DNA of 64,000 nt from positions 1,077-65,076 of the forward strand of contig JAWLEP010000006.1 in NCBI GenBank assembly GCA_041686025.1. The letters run 5' to 3'. Position numbers and translations under genes: made by a program. Position 1 is the stretch's first letter. Every line of letters starts with the position of its first letter. Of the stretch, positions 8,044-16,990 are shown piece by piece. The notes below the pieces were generated by a model, which had not been told where the DNA came from, did not search any database, and worked only from the letters and a program-made list of their open reading frames with translations. This DNA comes from Candidatus Fermentibacteraceae bacterium. GTDB lineage: Bacteria; Fermentibacterota; Fermentibacteria; Fermentibacterales; JCC-6.

Positions 8044-9678
8044 ATGCGCAGTGCAGGGATGAAGGACCGAGTCAGCGGAGGCCGGCGGGACTGGCTGGCA
8101 GTGGCCGCTCTGGCGGCGACGAGCCGGCTGTGGCACCTGCTGCACCTGGCGGCCGGCGGCGATGAGGCGGGTCTGCTGTACTGGCCGGTGCTGGCGGCGC
8201 GGAGGTTCGAGGAGTGCGCCGAGGGCATCTGCGGCGCCGGGGGGTCGGTCTCGGGCGTATTCTCCTACGCCAGCCCGCTGTACGTGCTCCTCATCTCACC
8301 GGCTTACGCGGCGGGCTGCGGCAGGATGTGCGTTTACGCAGTCCAGGCCGCCATGTGCGCGGCGGTTGCCGTAGTCATCCATGGAATCGCTCTGCGAGCG
8401 GGCTCGGGCCGAATTCCCGCCGCCATTGCGGCCCTGGCCTGGATACTGTACGCCCCGGCGGCCTTCTACGAGTTAACGCTGCTGCCGGTGGTTCCCCTGG
8501 CCCTGCTGCTGGGCCTGTGGTCGGGGCTGGAGCAGGGCCGAGGCGACAGCGGCGGCCGGCGGAGGTGCTTCGTATCCGGGCTGCTCTGCGGCGCCGCCGC
8601 GGGGCTGCGCCCCCCCCTGCTCCTTCTGGCCGCATACCCCTTCTTCGGAGAGGCCGGCGGCAGGAGGCTCTCCCGGGCCCTCCTGGTGGCGGCGGGGGCG
8701 GCACTGCCCCTGGCCGTCCTCTCGCTGCTGCACCTCTCCCTGGAGGGGGACCCCTACCCCTTTCCCCGGGCCACCGGGGTAAACCTCGTCCTTGGTCACT
8801 CCGAAGGGGTAACCGGTCTGGGACCGCCGGCGCCCGCGGAGGGACTGGTGGAGACGGGAAGGGAGGACATACACCAGGTGGCGGCGCGGGTGGCGGCACA
8901 GCGGGGCTACGATACGCCCGGAGAGGCCGACCGCTACTGGACCGGCAGGGCCCTGCGGTGGATAGCGGAGAACCCGGGGGAGGAGCTGGCGCTGCTGGCG
9001 GCCAAGCTGGGGGGCTTCCTGGGGTGGAGGCAGTTCGACGTCTACTACGACACCGTCCGGGCCCGGGGAAGGGACCCCTCGCTGGCGCCGCTGTTCCTTC
9101 CGAGGTGGGCGGTGGTCCTGCTGCTGGCCCTGGGCCTTCCTGCGTTCCTGGCTGCGGGAAGGGGGCGGTGGGCCCTGCTGCTGCCCATGGGCATCACCCT
9201 GGCTGCGGCACTGGTATTCGTTCACTGCGAGCGATACTGGCTGCCTGCGCTGCCGTCTGCCCTGGCGGCTGCGGCGGCGGGCCTGACCGTACTGCGGCGC
9301 TGGGTGGTGTCGGGCAGGCTGGGGCGGGTTTTGACTGCGGCCACAGCGGCGGGCGTTCTGATGCTTCCCGGCCTGCTGTGGCCGGTGCCGGCGGTGCCCG
9401 AGTGCCAGTACCTGCGGGGAATGGCGGTGAGGGCCTACAACGCCGGCGACTACCGGCATGCCCTGACCCTCTACGAGAGGTCGGCGCTGTTGGCCCCCCG
9501 GGGAAGCGTCACCTCCGTCTACTCCCGCTACGAGGCCCTCAGGATCTCCCGGGCGCTGGGCATGGAGGACCGGGCCCGGGAGCACGCGCGAATACTGGGA
9601 GAGCTCTTGCGGGAGAGCGGGATGGAGCCGCCGCTTCGGGAGGCCATGTCCATTGACTCCCTTGGCGGTGGGGATTAG
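8044..9678 (+). CDS. Polytopic membrane protein, ArnT/PMT-like GT-C glycosyltransferase-type topology with C-terminal TPR-like tail
   Basis: 544 aa with many hydrophobic segments in the first ~430 aa. The soluble tail (AVRAYNAGDYRHALTLYERSALLAP...) is TPR-like. The family call is tentative. Confidence 0.5.
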   Translation: MRSAGMKDRVSGGRRDWLAVAALAATSRLWHLLHLAAGGDEAGLLYWPVLAARRFEECAEGICGAGGSVSGVFSYASPLYVLLISPAYAAGCGRMCVYAVQAAMCAAVAVVIHGIALRAGSGRIPAAIAALAWILYAPAAFYELTLLPVVPLALLLGLWSGLEQGRGDSGGRRRCFVSGLLCGAAAGLRPPLLLLAAYPFFGEAGGRRLSRALLVAAGAALPLAVLSLLHLSLEGDPYPFPRATGVNLVLGHSEGVTGLGPPAPAEGLVETGREDIHQVAARVAAQRGYDTPGEADRYWTGRALRWIAENPGEELALLAAKLGGFLGWRQFDVYYDTVRARGRDPSLAPLFLPRWAVVLLLALGLPAFLAAGRGRWALLLPMGITLAAALVFVHCERYWLPALPSALAAAAAGLTVLRRWVVSGRLGRVLTAATAAGVLMLPGLLWPVPAVPECQYLRGMAVRAYNAGDYRHALTLYERSALLAPRGSVTSVYSRYEALRISRALGMEDRAREHARILGELLRESGMEPPLREAMSIDSLGGGD

Positions 9679-9796
9679 GAATCCCATTCGGGTGTCGGAG
9701 AGACAGATGAGGGGAGAGCCTATGTGACCCCGGTCTTCGATCTGCAGGCTGTAGATCCCGGGCCGTCAGGCTGGCGGCCGAACCGAAAGGACAGAG

Positions 9797-10969
9797 ATGC
9801 TTTCCAGAGCCAGCCTTCCCCTCGCCTTTTCCATTCTGATGCTTGTTGTTCTTGCCTGTGGCGGAGACGGGCCGCCCGGAGAGGCCTCCGCCGCAGAGGA
9901 CACCACACGGGTATCCGAAGGCCCCGACATTCACGCCGAGGCTCCCCTGCTGAAGGTGGGCCACTGCCGGCACGACCACCACTCGGCCGTGTTCATAGCG
10001 CAGGCCAGGGGCGAGGAGATGCGGGAGGAGCACGGCATCTACCTCGAGCCTCTGGGAGAGGCCTTCTACGCCCTGATGGAGGACGGCGAGAAGGTGGCGG
10101 AGCTGGAGTTCGTACCCTCTCCCGGGGCCATGAACATTCCCAACAACATGGTCAGCGGGCAGTTCGAGCTGGGCTTCGGCGGCGTGATCCCCTTCGCCGC
10201 CAGCGCCGACCAGGGCACCGGGATCAGGATAGTGGCTCCCATGCACACCGGCGGCGACATGCTGGTGGTCCCCGCCGACAGCCCGGTGGAGGACTGGGAG
10301 GGATTCCTGGAATGGGTGGAGGAGAGCCGGGAGCCGGTGGTAGTGGGCTACAAGAGCCCCAAGGCCGTGGCCCTGCTGATATTCGAGTCCGCCCTGGAGA
10401 ACGCCGGCGTAGCCTACAGCTACCACGGCAACGAGCAGCCGGGATCGAAGGTAGTCCTCTTCAACGCCCAGGGACTGGGCAATCTGAACCCCTCGCTGCA
10501 GAACGGCACCATCGACGCCTACATCGCCAACAATCCCTCCTGCGCGCTGGCCGAGGACAGCGGCATAGGCCGCTGCATCGCCGAGCTGGAGGACCTGCCT
10601 CCCGGTGAGTTCCAGGACCATCCCTGCTGCGCCATAGCGGCAACATCCGAAGTCCTGGAGGAGAAGCCCGGGGAGGTGGAGAGCGCCCTCAGGCTCTTCG
10701 CCGCGGCCACCGACTGGATTAACGCCAACCCGGAGGCCGCCGCGGAGACGGTGGCCGAAGCCCTGGGCAACCCGGTTGAGGTGGAGCTGGCCTCCATGGC
10801 CACCAGCGGATACGACTGGCGGCCCACCGATGCGTGGTACGAGGACATGAACGCCATCGTCTGCAACATGCGGGAGCTGGGGACCTTCTCCGGCCCTCTG
10901 ACGGAGCCGGCCTGGGAGGAGAACCTGGATCTGATAACGGACTTCAGCCACCTTCCGCCGGAGAACTAG
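9797..10969 (+). CDS. ABC transporter substrate-binding lipoprotein, NitT/TauT (NMT1/SsuA-like) family
   Basis: Lipobox LVVLAC-GG. It has the size and pattern of a periplasmic binding protein. The matching permease and ATPase follow immediately. Confidence 0.7.
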   Translation: MLSRASLPLAFSILMLVVLACGGDGPPGEASAAEDTTRVSEGPDIHAEAPLLKVGHCRHDHHSAVFIAQARGEEMREEHGIYLEPLGEAFYALMEDGEKVAELEFVPSPGAMNIPNNMVSGQFELGFGGVIPFAASADQGTGIRIVAPMHTGGDMLVVPADSPVEDWEGFLEWVEESREPVVVGYKSPKAVALLIFESALENAGVAYSYHGNEQPGSKVVLFNAQGLGNLNPSLQNGTIDAYIANNPSCALAEDSGIGRCIAELEDLPPGEFQDHPCCAIAATSEVLEEKPGEVESALRLFAAATDWINANPEAAAETVAEALGNPVEVELASMATSGYDWRPTDAWYEDMNAIVCNMRELGTFSGPLTEPAWEENLDLITDFSHLPPEN

Positions 10970-10979
10970 CAGGACCTCC

Positions 10980-11825
10980 ATGCGACCCGGAGACCCTTTC
11001 GGGAGGCCCGGCCGGCTGCTGGGCCTTCTGATTCCCCTGCTCCTGCTGGTCTGGTGGCAGCTGTCCGCCGGAGGCGGCGGGACCGTTCTCCCGCCTCCCT
11101 CGAAGGTGCTGCAGGTGCTGCTGCATCCGGGCAGGGACCTGCTGGCCAGCGGGTCCATACTGTGGAGCGTCTCGGTGAGCATCTCCAGGATAGTGCTGGG
11201 CTTCATCTGCGCGGTGGCGGCGGGCGTTCCCGTGGGCCTGGCCATGGGCGGGTCCCGCTTTTACCGCCGTCTGCTCTCGGTGATCGTGGAGATGGCCCGC
11301 CCCCTCTCCGCCATCGCCCTGCTGCCTCTCTCCATGATCATCTTCAGAGGTGACTCGCTGGCCGATCTGATGGGGCTGCGCAGCCTGCGGTACGGCAGGC
11401 ACATACTCAACGAGCTGGGACTGGGGATGGTCTTCATCCTGTTCTGGGGCGGCGTCTTCCCGGTGATACTGGGCACCATGCAGGGGGTCCGCAGCGTCCG
11501 AAGGATGCACCTGGAGGTGGCCAGGGTCCTGGGAGCCTCGCGGCTGCACCGCTTCCTGCACGTGATGGTGCCCTCGGCGCTGCCGGACATATTCCACGGC
11601 CTGCGGCTGGGCATAGGCCGCTGCTGGATGGTGATCATAGCCGCCGAGATGCTTCCCGGAACCAACTCCGGGATAGGTTACCTGCTGCGCTACTCCTACC
11701 AGCTATCCCGCTACGACGTGATGCTGGCCTGCGTGGTGGTGATCGCCGTCATCGGCGCCTTCTTCTCCAAGGGCCTGGAGGCCCTGGGGGAGAGGTCGCT
11801 GCTGCTGAGGAGCAGGGAGAGGTGA
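10980..11825 (+). CDS. ABC transporter permease, NitT/TauT family
   Basis: 281 aa with 6 predicted TM segments. An EAA-like loop (LGASRLHRFLHVMVPSALPDIFHGLRLG) is present. Confidence 0.8.
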   Translation: MRPGDPFGRPGRLLGLLIPLLLLVWWQLSAGGGGTVLPPPSKVLQVLLHPGRDLLASGSILWSVSVSISRIVLGFICAVAAGVPVGLAMGGSRFYRRLLSVIVEMARPLSAIALLPLSMIIFRGDSLADLMGLRSLRYGRHILNELGLGMVFILFWGGVFPVILGTMQGVRSVRRMHLEVARVLGASRLHRFLHVMVPSALPDIFHGLRLGIGRCWMVIIAAEMLPGTNSGIGYLLRYSYQLSRYDVMLACVVVIAVIGAFFSKGLEALGERSLLLRSRER

Positions 11826-12598
11826 GAGGGGGAGCGGCCCTTCGCCTGGAGGGAGTGGAGAAGGCCTACCGGACCTCCGCCGGACGGGTGCGGGCACTGG
11901 GCCCGGTGGACCTGGAGCTGTCCCGGGGGCGCTTTCTGTGCGTCCTGGGCCCCACCGGCTGCGGCAAGACCACTCTGCTGCGGCTCATCGCCGGACTGGA
12001 ACAGCCGGATGCGGGGCGCATAAGGGTCCTTGGCGGCGTGCCCGAGGTAACGCGAAGGATCGGCTACGTCTTTCAGCAGGCGGCGCTGTTTCCCTGGCTC
12101 ACCGTATCCGAGAACGTGCAGTTCCCCCTGAGGGCCAGGGGCGTAGGCTCCGGCGAGCGCAGGAGCAGGGCCGCGGAGATGATAGGGCTGGTGGGGCTGG
12201 AGGGTTTCGGGTCCAGCTACCCCCACGAGCTCTCCGGCGGCATGCAGCAGCGAACGGCCCTGGCCCGGGCGCTGGTGGTGGACCCCGAGCTGCTGCTGCT
12301 GGACGAGCCCTTCGGATCCCTGGACCTCCGCACCGGCCAGGAGCTGCAGGAACGGCTGCGGGACATATGGAAAAGGCGGGGGAGCACGCTGGTCTTCGTC
12401 ACCCACCGCATCGAGGAGGCCGTCTACCTGGCCAGCGACCTGGTGGTCCTGGGGCACAGGCCCGGAAGGGTGGTTCGCAGCCAGGAGGTGGACCTGCCCC
12501 CGGAGAGGGACAGGCTGTCGGAGGAGTTCACCGAGCTTCTCGTCTCGCTGCGGAGAACGTTCGAGGAGCTGGTGATGGAGGAGGGCCCGGAGGGCTGA
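11822..12598 (+). CDS. ABC transporter ATP-binding protein, NitT/TauT family
   Basis: Walker A GPTGCGKTT, signature LSGGMQQR, Walker B LLLLDEP. The GTG start overlaps the permease TGA. Confidence 0.85.
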   Translation: MRGGAALRLEGVEKAYRTSAGRVRALGPVDLELSRGRFLCVLGPTGCGKTTLLRLIAGLEQPDAGRIRVLGGVPEVTRRIGYVFQQAALFPWLTVSENVQFPLRARGVGSGERRSRAAEMIGLVGLEGFGSSYPHELSGGMQQRTALARALVVDPELLLLDEPFGSLDLRTGQELQERLRDIWKRRGSTLVFVTHRIEEAVYLASDLVVLGHRPGRVVRSQEVDLPPERDRLSEEFTELLVSLRRTFEELVMEEGPEG

Positions 12599-12625
12599 TC
12601 CCCGGGCCCGGTAGGGCTTCTGCGC

Positions 12626-13285
12626 CTACTCCAGCACGAAGTCGTAGACCATTGAGGTCCAGACTCCCACCGGCCGGCCGTCGGCCCTCTGGGCCGGCGC
12701 CCACCTGGTCTGTCGCGCGGATGCCACCGCCGAGGAGTCCATGGACGCCAGTCCGGAGCCCTGGACCACCACCACCCGCTCGGGGTCTCCCCCCGTGCTT
12801 ACGAAGACCTGCAGGGTCACCCTGCCCTCCACGCCGGCCTGTCTGGCGATGGAGGGGTAGTCGGCGGAGGGCCGGTAGGTGCAGGCCGGCGGGCTGGAGT
12901 GGGGTACGAAGGTCCCCGGGCTGGGTATCTCGGAGGGTCCGGCTGCCGGGGTCTCGTCGGGCCTGTTGAGGTCTACGGTGGCCGCGGTGTCCAGCCCGGC
13001 GGGGTCGGGGTCCAGGGCCACCACCTGGTCGGGCTCTGGCCGGGTGAGCTCGTCGCGGATTATCTCGTCCACGTCTATCTCCGGCTCCGGCGTCTCGGGA
13101 AGGGGCACGTCGTAGATCTCGGCGGCCTCGTAGCCCGTCATCTCCGCCTCCTGGGCCGGCTGGGCCAGTCGGCCGAAGGAGGTGGACGGAAATGCCTCCA
13201 GGGCCACCAGTACCAAAGAGAGTGAGAAGACCGTGCCCAGCTCTGCGGGCGAGGGGCCTTTGCGCGCTCTGCGATAGTGTCTCAT
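12626..13285 (-). CDS. TonB-family energy transducer
   Basis: N-terminal anchor, Pro/Glu-rich spacer (PLPETPEPEIDVDE...), and a C-terminal TonB domain (YPSIARQAGVEGRVTLQVFV...). SD GGGAGG lies 7 nt upstream. Confidence 0.7.
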   Translation of the reverse strand: MRHYRRARKGPSPAELGTVFSLSLVLVALEAFPSTSFGRLAQPAQEAEMTGYEAAEIYDVPLPETPEPEIDVDEIIRDELTRPEPDQVVALDPDPAGLDTAATVDLNRPDETPAAGPSEIPSPGTFVPHSSPPACTYRPSADYPSIARQAGVEGRVTLQVFVSTGGDPERVVVVQGSGLASMDSSAVASARQTRWAPAQRADGRPVGVWTSMVYDFVLE

Positions 13286-13288
13286 AAG

Positions 13289-13326
13289 CTGCCTCCCTTC
13301 ACCTGTGCTACAGGCGGGGGAGGCAG
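13289..13326 (-). promoter_or_regulatory. Hairpin able to sequester the tonB Shine-Dalgarno site
   Basis: On the minus-strand RNA, CUGCCUCCC (13326-13318) pairs with GGGAGGCAG (13297-13289). The second arm contains the SD, 3 nt before the AUG at 13285. Confidence 0.35.
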
Positions 13327-13380
13327 TCTATTCCCTGCTGTGTTCCCGTTGCTGCCGGAGGCAGATGCCCGGCGTCTCCG

Positions 13381-13524
13381 CTACCCGCGGCCCTTCCTGA
13401 AGAAGCCCACAAGCAGTATAAGGGCTATCGTGTCCAGGGAGACCAGGGTGGCAAAGGTCTGAGCGTCCCCGTAGAAGTTGTAGCCGAACGCGAACCTCAG
13501 AATAAGAAAGACGATGGTACCCAT
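13381..13524 (-). CDS. 47-aa small hydrophobic protein
   Basis: ATG 13524 is preceded by AAAGGAGGG at 4 nt. Sequence: MGTIVFLILRFAFGYNFYGDAQTFATLVSLDTIALILLVGFFRKGRG. It lies upstream of tonB on the same strand. Confidence 0.45.
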   Translation of the reverse strand: MGTIVFLILRFAFGYNFYGDAQTFATLVSLDTIALILLVGFFRKGRG

Positions 13525-14207
13525 GACCCTCCTTTCATCATCTCGCTGCCAAAATACCAGCGCAGCCCCTCCGACGCAAGCGTCTGCGGGACGCAGGGGG
13601 CTGGCGGGCAGGGTGAGGGACTTCACCGCGGCGGCCTCGGCCTTCCTCGGCGACCTGCGCGTCACCCGGGCCGCCGGGGTCCTGGTTGTGGTGAGCGGCG
13701 GCCGGCCGGTGCTCATGGAGCCCGCCGCCCCCAGTTCCTGCCTGCTGCCGGGCTCAGGGCCGCAGCCTCCGCCGGCCTGCGGCGGGTGGGGGTTACGGTG
13801 GCGGGAGCCCGGTCCGGGGACATCGGGGACCTGTACCGGCTGGCCCGCGGTTTGGGAGTCGAGGCCGTTGTCCTCTCGGTGTGCAACAGCGGCCTTTCCC
13901 GGGGGGAGTCGATGGCGGCGGCGAAAGCGGATATAATCTGGGGTGTGCCGCCGGCCCGCAGCTGCTGAGGGCGGTTCGCGGTAGGATCCGCCTTCAGCTG
14001 GGCGTGATCAGCCCCCTGTTCGCCCTGACGCAGGGGGGGTCCGGCTGGTCCGGGCCTCTGTTTCGGGAGAAGGTGCGGGAATACTGGGGGACGGCGGCAC
14101 GCTGATGGGAACGGCCCGGGAGGTGCCGGAGGGCGCCCCGGCGGGCACCGTGGGTCCGCTGCGGGTCGGAGTGGCCGAGGGGAGCGAGCTTCCCCGGCTG
14201 TGGTCGA

Positions 14208-15353
14208 ATGGAGGGCAAGTTGGCGTCTGAGAGGCCGCCGCTGAGAGTGGAGGGGCGGAGGATAGTCGTGACCGGGCCCCTGGGCTCGGAGCACGAGAAG
14301 GAGCTGGGCTCGGTGCTGGACGGCCTGGCGGATTCGCTCCGGGGAGGCGGCGACGTCCGGCTGGACCTCACCGAATGCGACAGCGTGGAGACCGTTGCCG
14401 CCGCCGTGCTCCACCGTTTCCGCAGCGGACTGGAGTCCTCCGGGACCGAGGTGCGCCTGGTGGGGGCCTCCGACGACCTCCTCTCGCTCTTCGAGAGCTT
14501 CGAGGCCTTCGGGGAGGAGAGGTACCGGCCGGTGCGGATCAGATTCCGAGAGGCCGTCGAGGATATCGGGGAGGCCGGCCGGAACGCCTGCGGCGTCCTT
14601 TGCGGCCTGTGGAGCTTCACCGGCAGCACCATGAACGCATCCCTGAGTGGCCTTCTCAAGCCGGGGACCGTCCGCTGGGGCATGGTCCGCTACTACATGG
14701 AGCAGTCTGGGGCCAAGGCGGTGCCCATCATCGCCGCCCTCTGCTTCCTGCTGGGGGCCGTGCTGGGCTACATGGGCGGATACCAGCTGAAGGCCATTGC
14801 CGCCGAGAGCTTCATGCCCGACTTCGTGGCCTACGCCATGCTCTGGGAGATCTCCCCCATGCTGGCGGCGGTGATAGTGGCCGGCCGGTCGGGCTCCGCC
14901 TTCGCCGCCGAGATAGGCACCATGCAGGTCCGGCAGGAGATTGACGCTCTGAAGGTCATGGGCTTCAACGTATTCGGATTCGTGGTGACTCCCAAGATGC
15001 TGGCCCTGATGTGCGTGATGCCCTTCCTGGTGCTGCTGGCGGACATATCCGGCGTCCTGGGCGGGATGCTCATAGGCTCCACCTACCTGGACATGCCGGT
15101 GAGAGTCTACCTCAGCCGCACAGCCTTCATCCTCTACCCCATAGATGTCTGGTGGGGCATGCTCAAGAGCATCGTGTACGCTGTGATCGTGGCCAACGTG
15201 GGCTGCTACATGGGAATGAAGGTCCGCGGCGGCGCAGCCGAGGTGGGCCGGGCCACAACGTCGGCAGTTGTGGCCGGGATCTTCCTGGTGATCGTGGCGG
15301 ACGCTCTGATAGCCATAGCCTACATGCACGTACGCCCGCCGGTGGTGGTCTGA
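14208..15353 (+). CDS. mlaE: MlaE-family ABC permease with N-terminal STAS (MlaB-like) domain
   Basis: The first ~110 aa are STAS-like (RIVVTGPLGSEHEKELGSVL...DLTECDSVETVAAAVL). The remainder has MlaE motifs (RSGSAFAAEIGTMQVRQEIDALKVMG). Confidence 0.8.
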   Translation: MEGKLASERPPLRVEGRRIVVTGPLGSEHEKELGSVLDGLADSLRGGGDVRLDLTECDSVETVAAAVLHRFRSGLESSGTEVRLVGASDDLLSLFESFEAFGEERYRPVRIRFREAVEDIGEAGRNACGVLCGLWSFTGSTMNASLSGLLKPGTVRWGMVRYYMEQSGAKAVPIIAALCFLLGAVLGYMGGYQLKAIAAESFMPDFVAYAMLWEISPMLAAVIVAGRSGSAFAAEIGTMQVRQEIDALKVMGFNVFGFVVTPKMLALMCVMPFLVLLADISGVLGGMLIGSTYLDMPVRVYLSRTAFILYPIDVWWGMLKSIVYAVIVANVGCYMGMKVRGGAAEVGRATTSAVVAGIFLVIVADALIAIAYMHVRPPVVV

Positions 15354-16112
15354 TTGCCCCGGGAGAGGCTCATAGAGGTCAGGAACCTCGACGGGGGCTG
15401 GGGCGAGCAGCAGGTGCTTGCGGACCTGTCAATGGAGGTGCATGAGGGGGAGATCATGGTGGTGGTGGGCAAGAGCGGCTGTGGCAAGAGCACGCTCATG
15501 CGATACCTCCTGGGCCTGTCCAGGCCCTGGTCGGGCACGGTCACCTACGACGGAAGGGACATCTGGTCCTCTCCGCGGGTGCTGGAGAGGGCCCGGCGCA
15601 GATGGGGCGTCCTCTTCCAGTCCGGCGCCCTTCTGGGCAGCTTCACCCTCCTGGAGAACGTGGGCCTTCCCCTGGTGGAGTTCACCGGCCTCTCCGAGGA
15701 CGAGGTGGATATGGTGGCCATGCACAAGCTGGACATCGTGGGGCTGGCCGACGCCGCGGGCAGCCTTCCCCTGAGCGTCTCCGGGGGAATGCAGAAGCGG
15801 GCGGCGCTGGCGCGGGCCATGGCCCTCGACCCGGAGGTCCTGTTCTTCGACGAGCCCTCCTCCGGCCTCGATCCGGTGACCTCCTACAGTCTGGACCTGC
15901 TTATCCGCAAGATCAACAGGGAGATGGGCACTACAATGGTCATCGTCACCCACGAGCTGGCCAGCATATTTGCCATCTCCGACCGCGTGGTTATGCTAGA
16001 CGCTGACGCCAAGGGGATAATCGCCACCGGAACCGCCGAGGAGCTCAGGGACTCCCCGGACGATCCCAGGGTGCAGCGGTTCTTCAACCCCACCGAGGAG
16101 GAGGGAGCCTAG
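15354..16112 (+). CDS. mlaF: Mla-type ABC ATP-binding protein
   Basis: The TTG start abuts the MlaE TGA. Walker A GKSGCGKST, signature VSGGMQKR, Walker B VLFFDEP. Confidence 0.85.
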   Translation: MPRERLIEVRNLDGGWGEQQVLADLSMEVHEGEIMVVVGKSGCGKSTLMRYLLGLSRPWSGTVTYDGRDIWSSPRVLERARRRWGVLFQSGALLGSFTLLENVGLPLVEFTGLSEDEVDMVAMHKLDIVGLADAAGSLPLSVSGGMQKRAALARAMALDPEVLFFDEPSSGLDPVTSYSLDLLIRKINREMGTTMVIVTHELASIFAISDRVVMLDADAKGIIATGTAEELRDSPDDPRVQRFFNPTEEEGA

Positions 16113-16114
16113 GG

Positions 16115-16990
16115 ATGTCGCTTCAGGCCAACGATTTCAGGCTGGGCTTGTTCTTCGTCATCGCCGCGGCGACCTTCCTGGTGATAATGGGCTGGCTCGG
16201 CGGCTGGTTCGGAGACGAGGAGTCCAACCGCTACGTCTGCTACTTTCCCTGGTCGGTACAGGGCCTGGAGAAGGGAAGTGCGGTCCGCTACAACGGCGTT
16301 CCGGTAGGCTCGGTCCAGATGATAGACATCGCACCGGATGGAAGGCTGGTGGAGGTGCAGATGACCATCAACACTGATTTTCCGGTCCGAGACGATCTGG
16401 CGGCGCACCTGCAGTTCGTGGGCATCACGGGCATAAAGGTCATCAACCTGCAGAGCCGCCATGAGCAGCGGGTCACGATACCGGAGATGGACTTCGAGCC
16501 CCAGTACCCCGTCATTCCGGTGGCGGAGGGCAGCATGGAGACCCTGGAGTCCGCCCTGGAGAGGGCCTCGGAGATCATGAACGAGGTTGACTTCCAGGGA
16601 CTCAGCGATCAGACATCAAAGCTCCTTGAGAACCTCAACGAGCTGCTGGAGAGCGCCACCGTGGAGGAGGTTGCGCAGTCCATAATCGGGGCTGCGGATG
16701 GCGTCGACTCCCTTGCCGGGGTCTACATCGACCTGGGCTGGAGGCTGCAGGCGCTGTCCGACAGCCTGGCCGAGAGCGCGCCGGAGCTCTCGGGGAGGAT
16801 CTCGGTGCTGGCCGACAGGGTGGATTCCCTGGTCTGCCGCCTGGACGGCCTGGCCGCCAGCGGCTCCGAGCTGGTCGACCAGACGTGGCATCTCATGCGC
16901 GGCCTCAGGCTGATAATGGCCACCGTGCGCAACCACCCAGAGGAGCTGGTATTCGGCGGTGACAGAACCGGTTCGGGAGGATGGCGATGA
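16115..16990 (+). CDS. mlaD: MCE/MlaD-domain protein
   Basis: N-terminal TM segment, then an MCE core (GLEKGSAVRYNGVPVGSVQMIDIAPDGRLVEV), then a long helical tail. Confidence 0.8.
   Translation: MSLQANDFRLGLFFVIAAATFLVIMGWLGGWFGDEESNRYVCYFPWSVQGLEKGSAVRYNGVPVGSVQMIDIAPDGRLVEVQMTINTDFPVRDDLAAHLQFVGITGIKVINLQSRHEQRVTIPEMDFEPQYPVIPVAEGSMETLESALERASEIMNEVDFQGLSDQTSKLLENLNELLESATVEEVAQSIIGAADGVDSLAGVYIDLGWRLQALSDSLAESAPELSGRISVLADRVDSLVCRLDGLAASGSELVDQTWHLMRGLRLIMATVRNHPEELVFGGDRTGSGGWR

Noticed and set aside
9679-9796. Possible TPP (THI-box) riboswitch in the leader of the NMT1/SsuA-like binding-protein gene.
   Set aside because: The universal CUGAGA and ACCUGAUCUGG-type elements are not present; there are only loose resemblances (GGAGAGA, GAUCUGCAGG). 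I cannot support this without an Infernal scan.
13940-14105. Structured GC-rich stretch considered as SRP RNA, 6S RNA or RNase P RNA.
   Set aside because: None of the signatures I know are present, such as GGAAGCAGCC-type domain IV of SRP RNA or GAGGAAAGUCCGGGC of RNase P.
13713-15329. 538-aa minus-strand ORF across the mlaE region.
   Set aside because: It is antisense to a motif-rich MlaE gene, and its His/Gly/Pro-rich composition has no family features.
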